From assembly GCA_036488585.1 (NCBI GenBank), contig DASXHH010000021.1, positions 1,478 to 65,477 of the forward strand: a stretch of 64,000 nt of DNA. The letters are read 5' to 3'. This stretch comes from Candidatus Saccharimonadia bacterium. GTDB lineage: Bacteria; Patescibacteriota; Saccharimonadia; UBA4664. This document shows, one piece after another, positions 27,471 through 36,634 of this stretch (position 1 is the stretch's first letter; every line of letters begins with the position of its first letter). Position numbers and translations under genes: made by a program. The notes beneath the pieces were generated by a model. That model was not told the DNA's origin, did no database searches, and saw only the letters and a list, made by a program, of their open reading frames with translations.

Positions 27471-28308
27471 GCAAACTGCGTTCGACAAGCTCGACCTGCT
27501 TGGCGTAGAGATCGACGCCATCTCCAATGCCGATGCCATCACGTATATTTGCACTCATGCTGCCCCCGGCCAGCCGCCGATTTACGTCACCAAGCCCTAC
27601 GTTGAGTTCCTTGACCGAGCCTACCACCGTCCTGAACTACAAGAATTAATCAACGAGGCAGAGCTCACCCTCCCAGACGGCGTAGCGCTCACCTGGGCCG
27701 CCGCTTATCTCTACGCCGGCAAACGCTCAGCCTGGCGCTTCTGGAAGACGCTGTTCCAAATTGTGCTAGCGCCGGACGAACTACGCTGGCCGCTGCCAGA
27801 CAGAGCCGCCGGCACCAACTTTACCTGGCCGCTACTCCAAGAAGCCGCCCGCCAGCACCTCCGCGTATTCCTCGTTGGTAGCCCGAAAAATAGTTCCATC
27901 GATCACACCGCCACCACCCTCATTGCCGCCATTCCCAACCTCAAAATCGCCGGCACCCACACGGGCCGCGACACTGCCAGTCCAGTCGGCGAGATCAGTG
28001 ACCAGTGGCTGGCGAGCCTCGCCGCCAGCACTTCTGCCGCCAAACCCGACCTCATCCTGGTGGGCATGGGCTTCCCGCTCCAGGAGCAAGCTTGCGCCTA
28101 CCTAAAAACCCACTGTCAACACGGCGTGTTCATCGGCGAAGGCGGCACCTTCGACTACGAACAATTCGGCGGCCAGCGCGCCAAAGCCCCTGCCTGGGTT
28201 CAACGTATCGGCCTCGAGTGGCTCTGGCGCCTCCTTCTGGAGCCGAGGCGCATCATCCGTCAGCTCGCTATTCCGCGGTTCATATACCGCATCTGGCGCT
28301 ATCGCTAG
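27463..28308 (+). CDS. WecB/TagA/CpsF-family glycosyltransferase
   Basis: FDKLDLLGVEIDAIS...YICTH...FLVGSP...GMGFPLQE...IGLEWLWRLLLEPRR is the family signature. Start is the GTG at 27463, just before the upstream stop. Confidence 0.7.
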   Translation: MSKQTAFDKLDLLGVEIDAISNADAITYICTHAAPGQPPIYVTKPYVEFLDRAYHRPELQELINEAELTLPDGVALTWAAAYLYAGKRSAWRFWKTLFQIVLAPDELRWPLPDRAAGTNFTWPLLQEAARQHLRVFLVGSPKNSSIDHTATTLIAAIPNLKIAGTHTGRDTASPVGEISDQWLASLAASTSAAKPDLILVGMGFPLQEQACAYLKTHCQHGVFIGEGGTFDYEQFGGQRAKAPAWVQRIGLEWLWRLLLEPRRIIRQLAIPRFIYRIWRYR

Positions 28309-28371
28309 CATAAGAACTATTCCCATACCATCCTAGTTGTTGTACCATAAGCTCAATAACTCGAGTGTACG

Positions 28372-29427
28372 GTGAGCTCTAGTCCACGTTTTTTGGATTT
28401 GACCGCCAGGCGCGGTGCCCCGCAGCCTGCGTCTCACGCTGTACCCAAACCAGCCGCCGCCCTACACGATCGCCGCGTCCAGTCGGCCCACGTCATCGAT
28501 CTACGCGAGGGCGGCGCCATTCAGCTGGGCGCCACCATTTCCACCCACCCCATGCCGCCCGCCACCCATCCACCCACCCACAGCCACGCCGCCATGCCCA
28601 ATACCGCCGCCCACGAGCGGCACCTGCAACGCTTCAGCGACCGGTTCGAGCGTGCCCGCGTGCACAGCCGCAGCGAGGCCATCAGCAAATTTGGCACCGA
28701 CCGCTTTGGCAACATCCAAGACCCCGAAAAGATGTACGACAAGTTTGGCAACCCCACGCTCGCCACCCTCACCTCGCAAAATAGCACTGCTGCTGCTACT
28801 ACCGCGCATCACGACTCGCCCCACCACTCACCACTCGCCCCCGGCTCCGACCTGCCGGAGATGCCCCACCTTGCCGCCACTCAACACGAGGCCATGACCA
28901 ACCTGCCCAAACCCCTGCCGCCCGCTACGCCAGCCATTTCTGGGATCCAAAACACCTGGCGTCCAAACCTCAAGCTCTCACCCCATCGCAACACCATGGC
29001 TACCGTCGCTGCCATTGCCATTATGGCCAGCTACATCTGGCTCCAAAACTACCCCAAGCTCGCTATCCAATCCGCCGGTGACAAGGCCGGTATCGCCGCC
29101 ACGCTACCCGGCTATCTGCCGTCGAGTTACATCCTCGACCACACTGACAGTACACCCGGCCTCGTTACCCTCAACTTCACCAGCCCGAGCATTTCCGACA
29201 CCCTCAAGATCGAGCAACACCGCACCACCTGGGACAACGGTTCGCTGCTCGACAATTTTGTAGCCAAAAATGCCGACGACTACGGTACGGTCCAGGGCCA
29301 AGGCCTCACCATCTACTTGTTCAATAACAATCAAGCCACCTGGGTCAACCATGGTATTTGGTACTCCATCGAAGGCGCCTCGCGCCTATCTCGGGAGCAA
29401 ATCCTCAAGATCGCGTACTCGCTCTAA
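28372..29427 (+). CDS. hypothetical membrane-anchored protein (Pro/His-rich N-region, conserved C-terminal domain)
   Basis: GTG start and a single internal TM (VAAIAIMASYIWL). Confidence 0.4.
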   Translation: MSSSPRFLDLTARRGAPQPASHAVPKPAAALHDRRVQSAHVIDLREGGAIQLGATISTHPMPPATHPPTHSHAAMPNTAAHERHLQRFSDRFERARVHSRSEAISKFGTDRFGNIQDPEKMYDKFGNPTLATLTSQNSTAAATTAHHDSPHHSPLAPGSDLPEMPHLAATQHEAMTNLPKPLPPATPAISGIQNTWRPNLKLSPHRNTMATVAAIAIMASYIWLQNYPKLAIQSAGDKAGIAATLPGYLPSSYILDHTDSTPGLVTLNFTSPSISDTLKIEQHRTTWDNGSLLDNFVAKNADDYGTVQGQGLTIYLFNNNQATWVNHGIWYSIEGASRLSREQILKIAYSL

Positions 29428-29468
29428 TTTTCTAATATGCTACCCTTAAGCAAACGAAGGGGAGTGCC

Positions 29469-29807
29469 ATGCAGGAAGATAAGGGTTGGGACCGCATTGT
29501 CGACGCCGTCGACGCCAAGTTTGGCATTAAAGACCACGGCCGTTCGAAACGCCCAGTTCAAGACGCTCATCATCTAACGGAGCAGGTCGCGTTCGTGGTA
29601 TTTGAGCGGGGAGGGGAGCGGTACAAGCTTGAGCGGGTACAAGGCCCAGCCATCATCGACCGCAAAACTGTCGGCGCCCGCCGCGCCGGTGCCGACGTGC
29701 ATTACGAAAACGTCTACGATCCGTCCGAAACCAGTTTTCGCACCAACCTCTTTAAAGATGAGTCAGGAGAGTGGGCACCCATCGATCCGAGCGAACTCGG
29801 CCTCTAA
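29469..29807 (+). CDS. hypothetical protein
   Basis: SD AAGGGGAG upstream, 112 aa. Confidence 0.4.
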   Translation: MQEDKGWDRIVDAVDAKFGIKDHGRSKRPVQDAHHLTEQVAFVVFERGGERYKLERVQGPAIIDRKTVGARRAGADVHYENVYDPSETSFRTNLFKDESGEWAPIDPSELGL

Positions 29808-29852
29808 TTCCGGGTCATAGACATAAAACCGTAGTTTTAGAGCTTTGATCCG

Positions 29853-29895
29853 GAGTGCCGGACGAACCCACGCTATTGGGGTTCGTCCGGCACTC
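29853..29895. terminator. 17-bp perfect hairpin (GAGTGCCGGACGAACCC / GGGTTCGTCCGGCACTC) between convergent genes
   Basis: Seen directly. Probably a bidirectional terminator. Confidence 0.65.
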
Positions 29896-29918
29896 TATGT
29901 AGGCAATGGACGCGGCGG

Positions 29919-30470
29919 TCAGGCATCACCGGGGGCTGGCTGGCTCACCGCCGCGCGGCGCCCTTCTGCCACCAGTTCCTGAAGCGCGCTCACCAGCGAA
30001 CGACCGTCGTCGTTAACACCCTTCAGTAGGCGGTCGAGCGCGGCCGGGTCCTTGATATCGAACGCGGCCTCAACCTCGACGAGCAGAGCGATCCGACTGG
30101 CGGCCACCGCATCGAGACCGGGGACCTTACCGGTCAGGAGATTGTGTGCGTGGCAAGCCAGGGCCAGCGCCGCCGTCGCCACCGCCCGTTCCCGGCCAGA
30201 GCCGAACTTATTGACCAGTTGGTCGATGCCGGCCTGGTTCAGGGAGTAACCCGGGACGTCTTTCTCGTCGTGGCCCTTGCCGAGCTCAACCAATTCGCCG
30301 CGTACCGCGGGGGATAGCCCGCTCACGGACGCCATAAAGGCCTCCAGCAGTTCGCGGTCATTCCCGTTGAACATGCGCTCGAGCCGGGCTACGCCGATCC
30401 TATGACCCGCGATCATGGCGTTCGCCAGAATCGTGGCCAAATCGGGGCCTCCGGACGCTCTTGCTATCAT
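29919..30470 (-). CDS. hypothetical protein
   Basis: 183-aa ORF divergent from the T4SS-like block across a 540-nt AT-richer leader. Confidence 0.4.
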   Translation of the reverse strand: MIARASGGPDLATILANAMIAGHRIGVARLERMFNGNDRELLEAFMASVSGLSPAVRGELVELGKGHDEKDVPGYSLNQAGIDQLVNKFGSGRERAVATAALALACHAHNLLTGKVPGLDAVAASRIALLVEVEAAFDIKDPAALDRLLKGVNDDGRSLVSALQELVAEGRRAAVSQPAPGDA

Positions 30471-30479
30471 CGTTCCTCA

Positions 30480-31011
30480 CTTTCGTGTCAGCTTCCTGAC
30501 AGTCCCCTGGCTACGGATTCGCAGGCCAGGGTTCTATCAGGGAACCCGAGGAACAACCACATAATGAAAGTCATTACCGGATTAGTCAAGTTCGGTAACC
30601 GCTTCCCAAGGGGGTTTGATGTCAAAGCTTTACAACATAAAACACGCCATGATATAAGGAACCTAGCGTTAAGTGCTACAGCATGACAGCGTCAGAGGTG
30701 AAGTACATCTCACAATGTGGACACGGCCGTCATGTACGCCTTTATTTTTAGGCCACCAACGGATGGCGTGTTAGCTTCTCTCAATTCACGTGGACATTTC
30801 CACAAACCAAGGCATAGCATGTAGCTCGGCCTGGCCCTTTGCCAAAGCTCAAAGGTCCTGGCCGGGTTGCTGAAGAGTCGTCTGAATAGACGCTTGGAGG
30901 TTTCTCGGTGCCAGGTCAACCATAAAACTGTTGACTTGCAGCTTGATATCCGACGTTTGTTCAGTTCGAGTTGTCAGTAAACACGCCCCTCTACCAGAGA
31001 GAAGGTGCCCT
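30480..31011 (+). promoter_or_regulatory. long AT-richer divergent leader with inverted repeats upstream of the ParA-like gene
   Basis: TGTCAG-N4-CTGACA at about 30497 and GTCAAC-N9-GTTGAC at about 30916, with a GC drop. Regulatory by inference. Confidence 0.4.
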
Positions 31012-32145
31012 ATGGGGAAGTTCACCAATTTCTTCGGTGGCTCCGACCATCGCTCCGAACAGGCCGCTGCCGAGCAGGTACTCGAGCTCAGCGAAGCCAT
31101 CCCAACCGGCGTTTACGCCTGTGTGCAGGTGAAGGGCGGCGGGTCCAAGACCACCACCGCCGTCAACATGGCCTCGCTCTTGGCCCACCTCACCCACGCC
31201 ACGGTCGTCCTCATCGACGCCAACCCGGCGTCGGGCAATAGCGGCCGTAAGGTCGGGCGAGACTACCACCGCACGGTTACGGTCCAGGGCCTGCTCCAGG
31301 CCATCCAAAAGAACCCAAAGGTGGACGCCAAGGATCTGCTCCGGCTGATGCGGCCTACCCGTTACGGCGTCCGCGTGGTGGCAGCCGACCCGATCATCGA
31401 CCCGCAGACCCGGTTCTACGACACGCAGTGGGACACCATCCTCGACGTACTCACCACCAAGTTCGAGTACATCATCGTGGACATGGGCAACGACATCACC
31501 GACAAGGCCGCACTTACCATCCTCAACCGGTGGACCAGCGTCCTGGTCGTAACAGCCACGGTGGGCAACTACGAGTCCCTACTCCAGATGGCCACCACCG
31601 AGGAGACCATGCGGCGGTTCGGCATCGACGCCACCAAGGTTAACGCCAGCGTCGCCGCCTTCAGCAACGGCGACCCAGGTCAGCTCTCCCAGTACCTGGA
31701 AGCCGCCCAACTCCACGACCGGCTCGGCAACGTTGTCGCCAGGCACATCGGACCCGCGGTAGTCGTGCGCCACGACCGGTACCTAGCCTCACCACAGTTC
31801 GACACGATGGGGGTGGACTTCAGCGCCATCTCGTCGCGCACACTCCTGGATTACTACGAGCTGCTCATAATTCTGCTCGAGCAGGCCTACTTGCTGGCCA
31901 ACGGCCAGCCCTACCACAGCCAGGACGACGACTTCAACGACGAAGCCACCCCCGAAACCGCCCAACTCGACCAGAAAGCGTCAACCCAGGCACCCGCCGC
32001 TTCGGCACCTCGTGTCACCGAGCCGCTGCCTCCGCGCCGTCCGGTTGCACCGGAGCTGTCGCACCCGCCGGACGAACCCAGGGTTCCGTTGTCACCCAAC
32101 GGCGGTGGCCACAATCTTGGAGACCAGGCCGCGCCCTGGAAATAG
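31012..32145 (+). CDS. ParA/MinD-family ATPase with long Pro-rich C-terminal tail
   Basis: Deviant Walker A VQVKGGGSKTTTAVNMA and Walker B IIVDMGND. SD AGAGAGAAGG upstream. Confidence 0.7.
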   Translation: MGKFTNFFGGSDHRSEQAAAEQVLELSEAIPTGVYACVQVKGGGSKTTTAVNMASLLAHLTHATVVLIDANPASGNSGRKVGRDYHRTVTVQGLLQAIQKNPKVDAKDLLRLMRPTRYGVRVVAADPIIDPQTRFYDTQWDTILDVLTTKFEYIIVDMGNDITDKAALTILNRWTSVLVVTATVGNYESLLQMATTEETMRRFGIDATKVNASVAAFSNGDPGQLSQYLEAAQLHDRLGNVVARHIGPAVVVRHDRYLASPQFDTMGVDFSAISSRTLLDYYELLIILLEQAYLLANGQPYHSQDDDFNDEATPETAQLDQKASTQAPAASAPRVTEPLPPRRPVAPELSHPPDEPRVPLSPNGGGHNLGDQAAPWK

Positions 32146-32332
32146 GTTCAACCCGTGAACGCGCGTCCGCCTCGCCCGGCGGATGCGCGTTCACCCACGC
32201 TATCCCGTGCCAGCCCACCACCCTCAGCGGGCTGACACGGGACAGGGTTCGGAAACGCTCCTTTGTTCCGGTTCGAAGTACCTTACAGTTAAATACATAT
32301 CTACCCCCTACACACAGGATGGGAGTATAGCC

Positions 32333-33262
32333 ATGCCGACCTTGCGCGGGCTTCTTGGCTGGGAGACCAGAGTCTCCAAGAACATGCTAGGCGATCACCA
32401 GATCGCCTTCGAACGGTACTTGCGCAACAGCAAGCGCTACCGATGGACTGTCATCGGGCTGCTGGTGACGCTCGTGCTCATGAACATAGGCTCGGCCGCA
32501 GCCTACCTGGCCCAACCGAAGTCGATCGCAAAGCTCCAGGCGGACAACAACCGGCTGAAGCAGCAAGTGGCAGCACTCACCGCCCCCAAGTACCCGGTCG
32601 ACACTGTGCGTTTCGCCGCCTACGCCGCCGCCCTAAACTGCGTCACCTACACCGACCAGGCTCCTCAAAGCCAGGTCAGCGCAGACGAAGCGGCGTGCGG
32701 CTGGTCCGGCTCGGGCGTAGCCAACAACGACCAGCTGGTCTACGACCAGGACCCCGGTCTCACGGCTCCGCTCACTGCCAGCGGCTTGTCGGCCCTGCCG
32801 TTCAACGCGCAGTTCCAGGGTTCGTCCGATTGGCTCAGGTACTGGGTGCCCGTGCAGCAGCACGGCTCCCGGGCCCAGGTTGCCGGCACGCCGGTACCCC
32901 TGAACAGCCAGCCGACGTTCATCCAGAACGGTTGTGCCACCGACACCACTCAAACCGCGTCCGCCACTGCCAGCATACAGGCAGTGGATCAGGTCGTGAG
33001 TGGAGCCCAGCGATTCACCGTGCCGGGACTAACGCTCGCGTTCAACGGCAACGGCCTCACTGGCGCAACCGCCGACAACGAAACCATCTGCCATGAGCAA
33101 ACCGGCCAGTACCTCACACTAGTGGCCAAGGTCACGTACAAAGGACCAACCGCCGGCGCCGGACTGTCCGTGTGGTACGCCTTCCGTACCCAGGTCATAT
33201 CCACAGGCGAAACTCGTGTTAGCGACCTCGGCCTCTACGCCGGCGGCACCCCTGGCAGTTAG
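32333..33262 (+). CDS. membrane-anchored protein with coiled coil and extracytoplasmic domain
   Basis: One TM (WTVIGLLVTLVLMNIGSAAAYLA), a heptad stretch KLQADNNRLKQQVAALT, then a Cys-containing domain. Confidence 0.45.
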   Translation: MPTLRGLLGWETRVSKNMLGDHQIAFERYLRNSKRYRWTVIGLLVTLVLMNIGSAAAYLAQPKSIAKLQADNNRLKQQVAALTAPKYPVDTVRFAAYAAALNCVTYTDQAPQSQVSADEAACGWSGSGVANNDQLVYDQDPGLTAPLTASGLSALPFNAQFQGSSDWLRYWVPVQQHGSRAQVAGTPVPLNSQPTFIQNGCATDTTQTASATASIQAVDQVVSGAQRFTVPGLTLAFNGNGLTGATADNETICHEQTGQYLTLVAKVTYKGPTAGAGLSVWYAFRTQVISTGETRVSDLGLYAGGTPGS

Positions 33263-33271
33263 GAGGACCCA

Positions 33272-33715
33272 ATGTCAGTGTTCACTAAGGGTCTCAGTTT
33301 TCCTCGGAAAATCCTCACTCGGTTCCGGGGCGGCTACACGTACCTCGAAGTGGTCATAGCCATCGGGATCTGGGCTGGGTGCATGCGCTTTATCGGCATA
33401 CATCACGATTTCCTGCTCCCGCTGATCTACCTGGCCATCGCCGTCGGGGTCACCCAACTCACCCGACTAATTCCAACGGACAACACCCGCCTGGGCAAAT
33501 GGCTGGGCATCCAGATCCGCTACTTCGTCCGGCCGCATCCTCTGCGACCGCGACGCCTGGTAGCGGGCCGGCGCCCGCCGCCGCCCAGCCAGGAACGGCA
33601 CGGAGGAGTAATCCGAGTAGAAGGAAGGAGGCCGGACGATGACCGGAGATCAAGGGGCATCAAGCCGAAGTCTGTTCCACAGCTTCGCGGACCTGCTGCG
33701 CGACGGAAGCGCTAA
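33272..33715 (+). CDS. VirB3-like small two-TM protein (by position and topology)
   Basis: SD AGGAGG, two TM helices in the first about 70 aa, directly upstream of and overlapping the VirB4-like gene. Confidence 0.45.
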   Translation: MSVFTKGLSFPRKILTRFRGGYTYLEVVIAIGIWAGCMRFIGIHHDFLLPLIYLAIAVGVTQLTRLIPTDNTRLGKWLGIQIRYFVRPHPLRPRRLVAGRRPPPPSQERHGGVIRVEGRRPDDDRRSRGIKPKSVPQLRGPAARRKR

Positions 33716-36188
33716 TACCAGGCGCCGGCTCAACGTCGCCGGCCCGCCCATCGAAGCCGTCGATGGCTGTATTATTACAGGCCAAGACGGCCACAAGTGG
33801 GCATGGTTCTACATTCCGGCCGCTGCGCTCTGGGATCTCAAACCGGTAGCGGAAAAGGAAGAGGTCTGGCGCGGACTCTGCTCCGTGCTGAATAAACTCG
33901 TAGGCTACGAGATCCACTTCCTCACTATCCCGGGCGATCTGGATGCGGATTACCTCGGCCGCCGTTGGTTGGATCCCAAGTGGTCCGACCTCAACCCGGC
34001 CCCCGAAATGCTGTTCGATGATGACGACGTAGAGGGGATTCGTGCCTACGAGGAACGAATCATCCAAAACGTGGCCGCGCTCAAGCACAAGGGGTACAAG
34101 GTCCGAGCAGTCCATCTGGGAATCCGCCTCCGCGAATCAACCGCTGCTAGAGCGGTATCGCCAGACCAATCGGAACTGGATATCTTCGGGATCAAGGCGC
34201 GGAAAAACTACCGGCTCTTGCCGGAGCTCCGGAACCTGCTCCAGATGATCCGCTGGAACGGCTTTGCCGCCCGCCCAGTGCCCCAAGACCGGCTGCTCGA
34301 CCTCGTCACCCGCATGATCTGGCCCGGCCATCCTAACCGCCCGCAAGTAGTGCTGTCGAACCATCAACCCGGCAGCGCCGCCCAAGGTGAGGGATTGGCC
34401 TACCTCCAGGAAGGCGATGTGCTCGAGCGTTACCGTAGCCTAATCGTCGATCCAGACGAAATCCGGGGCCGGACCTACGCCGCTTACTGGAGCCTGCACA
34501 GCTTGCCCCAGGACCCGGTGTTCCCCGGCAACGAATTCCTCCGACTCGTCGTCTTCGGCCAACCAGTCATGACGTCCGTGCGCGCACGCATCGTTTCCGC
34601 GTCGCGCATGGACTCGAAGGTACGGCGGGTCAAAGACGACCTGGTGGGTCACTCCGAATGGCTGGCAATCAACAATAAGGGCGACGGCCAAAACGAGCTA
34701 GTACCCTACGCTCAGGCCCTCGAGGCCTTCGCCCGGCACACCGAAGCCAGACAGCCAACGGTCGTGTTCTCGGCTACGGCCATCCTAACCAACCCCGACG
34801 AGGACATCCTCCACGACATGGGACTCCAACTCGAGCTCAATGCTGCGGGTCCCGAGAAAGGTGGCTACGACGACCAGTCCGTAGGATGGGTCGCTCCCGG
34901 CGGCAGCCAGCTCGCACTGTACCGTGAAGCCATGCCCGGCTCCACGACCCGTTGCGACCGGTACGCACACTACGCCTCGGTGGAATCGTTCGCAGTCGGC
35001 ATGCCGGTCGCAACGAGCCAACTTCCGTTCCTCGGCACCCTCATCGGCGAGCTCACGGCGCCCGGCTGCGAGGCCGGACCGCTGTTCATGCGCACCGATG
35101 TGTCGCTCCTACCCGATGTCGACAAACGAGCAGCCATCCTGCTAGTCGGGCCGTCCGGCGGCGGTAAAACGCTCGCCGGCTCCCTCCTCGGGGTTTCGCT
35201 GGCCATGCGAGGCGGGGTGGCGATCATTCGCGACCCTAAAGGTGACACCCGTTACCTCGACGTCCCTCGCGGTCTGCGGTTCCAGCAGATCGATCTGGGC
35301 GAATTCGAGGGCGCCATGAACCCAGGGCTGCTCCAGGCCGACCCGGTCGAAAGCGCCAACCTCATGGCGAGGATGCTCCAAACCTTCGCCAGCGCCTACG
35401 ACGCCGACTCCTACGGCGCACTGTTCTCGGCCTGCCAGGCCGAGATACTGCGCGACCCGGAGCGACCCGACTTCAGAATGGTCATCCAGGCCTTGGCCCG
35501 TGGCCAATCCGAAGTCGAGCGTCGGATCGGCTCGCGGCTCAGTCCCTACGCCGACATGCGCTGGGCCAAGACATTCACGGGTTCGCGGACCGATGTCCGC
35601 AAGCTCCTCGATGCTCTCGGCCCGGGACTCACCACCTGGGGAGCCGAAGGTTGGGAACCCCCGCCGCCTTCCATTCCCGAGGGTCAATGGACTGTGGGCC
35701 AGCACGCCACCATGGCATTGCTAGAACTGCAGTTTGGTATCGGCCGGCTCGTCTCGTTCGACCGTAGGCGTGTAACCTACACGTTCGACGACGAGTTCCA
35801 CATGTATCCCAACGCCCTGGCCCGGTCGTTGTACCTGGTAGCGCGGTTTGCCCGGTCCGTAAATGCCATCACGGCAGTCGGCACCCAATCATGGGACGAC
35901 GTGCCGGAGAACATCATGGACCTGGTGGGACTACTCGTCGTCTTCAAGCAGGAGAGCCGCAAGGAGGCCGCACGATCGGCCGCAGCACTCGGGCTAGACC
36001 CAGACGACGAATCTGTTATCCGCATGCTGATGTCGCTTGGCAGCGGTAACACTCCGGGTGAAGCGGTCTTCCGCCACCCCCTGGGCCGGGCCATTCAAGG
36101 CCGGTTCGACCCAACCCTCTGGACCGGCGCCTCCGGCCAGTTCCTCACCAACCAAAACGCCCGCCGCCTGGCGGAAGAGACATCCTGA
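33639..36188 (+). CDS. VirB4/TrbE/CagE-family type IV secretion ATPase
   Basis: 849 aa with no N-terminal TM. Walker A LLVGPSGGGKTL, nearby DPKGD motif, Walker B TYTFDDEFHMY and a TQSWDD motif. Confidence 0.7.
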   Translation: MTGDQGASSRSLFHSFADLLRDGSANTRRRLNVAGPPIEAVDGCIITGQDGHKWAWFYIPAAALWDLKPVAEKEEVWRGLCSVLNKLVGYEIHFLTIPGDLDADYLGRRWLDPKWSDLNPAPEMLFDDDDVEGIRAYEERIIQNVAALKHKGYKVRAVHLGIRLRESTAARAVSPDQSELDIFGIKARKNYRLLPELRNLLQMIRWNGFAARPVPQDRLLDLVTRMIWPGHPNRPQVVLSNHQPGSAAQGEGLAYLQEGDVLERYRSLIVDPDEIRGRTYAAYWSLHSLPQDPVFPGNEFLRLVVFGQPVMTSVRARIVSASRMDSKVRRVKDDLVGHSEWLAINNKGDGQNELVPYAQALEAFARHTEARQPTVVFSATAILTNPDEDILHDMGLQLELNAAGPEKGGYDDQSVGWVAPGGSQLALYREAMPGSTTRCDRYAHYASVESFAVGMPVATSQLPFLGTLIGELTAPGCEAGPLFMRTDVSLLPDVDKRAAILLVGPSGGGKTLAGSLLGVSLAMRGGVAIIRDPKGDTRYLDVPRGLRFQQIDLGEFEGAMNPGLLQADPVESANLMARMLQTFASAYDADSYGALFSACQAEILRDPERPDFRMVIQALARGQSEVERRIGSRLSPYADMRWAKTFTGSRTDVRKLLDALGPGLTTWGAEGWEPPPPSIPEGQWTVGQHATMALLELQFGIGRLVSFDRRRVTYTFDDEFHMYPNALARSLYLVARFARSVNAITAVGTQSWDDVPENIMDLVGLLVVFKQESRKEAARSAAALGLDPDDESVIRMLMSLGSGNTPGEAVFRHPLGRAIQGRFDPTLWTGASGQFLTNQNARRLAEETS

Positions 36189-36201
36189 GAAGGAGATAGA
36201 T

Positions 36202-36447
36202 ATGAACCCCACCGGATACGTGCTGGCAGTCGACCCGCTGCAGCACATAATCGGACAGTCCTCGAACCTTGTGTTCTGGCTCGTCGTTATCGCGGGGGCG
36301 CTGGCGATCGTGTTCGCGATCTTCGCGCACGGCAACCGCAGCAGGGCGTTCGCCATCTTCGGCGCCGCCATGCTCGCCCTGGTGCTCGTCACCGACCCCC
36401 ACAAGGTCGTAAACACTTTCGCGAGCATCCTCTTCGCGATCTTCTAG
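36202..36447 (+). CDS. small two-TM pilin-like / VirB2-TrbC-like membrane protein
   Basis: 81 aa with SD GAGAAGGAGA. It has two hydrophobic helices and is followed by strong hairpins. Confidence 0.45.
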   Translation: MNPTGYVLAVDPLQHIIGQSSNLVFWLVVIAGALAIVFAIFAHGNRSRAFAIFGAAMLALVLVTDPHKVVNTFASILFAIF

Positions 36448-36467
36448 TACTGTCCACCGGTACAACT

Positions 36468-36496
36468 TCCGTGCGGGGCGCCCAGCGCCCCGCACG
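36468..36496 (+). terminator. 13-bp perfect GC hairpin (CCGTGCGGGGCGC cca GCGCCCCGCACGG), followed by a second hairpin at 36499..36542
   Basis: Seen directly, immediately after the pilin-like gene. Confidence 0.6.
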
Positions 36497-36634
36497 GATC
36501 CCGTCCAAAACGCTGGAATTAATTTTCGAACGTTCTGGACGGGCGCCATGCCCGTCGTTGCCGTCATGCGGCCACGTAAGTTTAGGGCCGGGGAGTCATC
36601 TCCGGTTGCTCATTCCCATAGGAAGGATGATGGC

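Noticed and set aside
33272-33715. The Arg/Pro-rich C-terminal half of the VirB3-like ORF as real protein sequence
   Set aside because: It cannot be resolved. That half overlaps the VirB4-like start by 77 nt and may be non-coding read-through of an open high-GC frame. The feature was kept, but only the N-terminal two-TM part is trusted.
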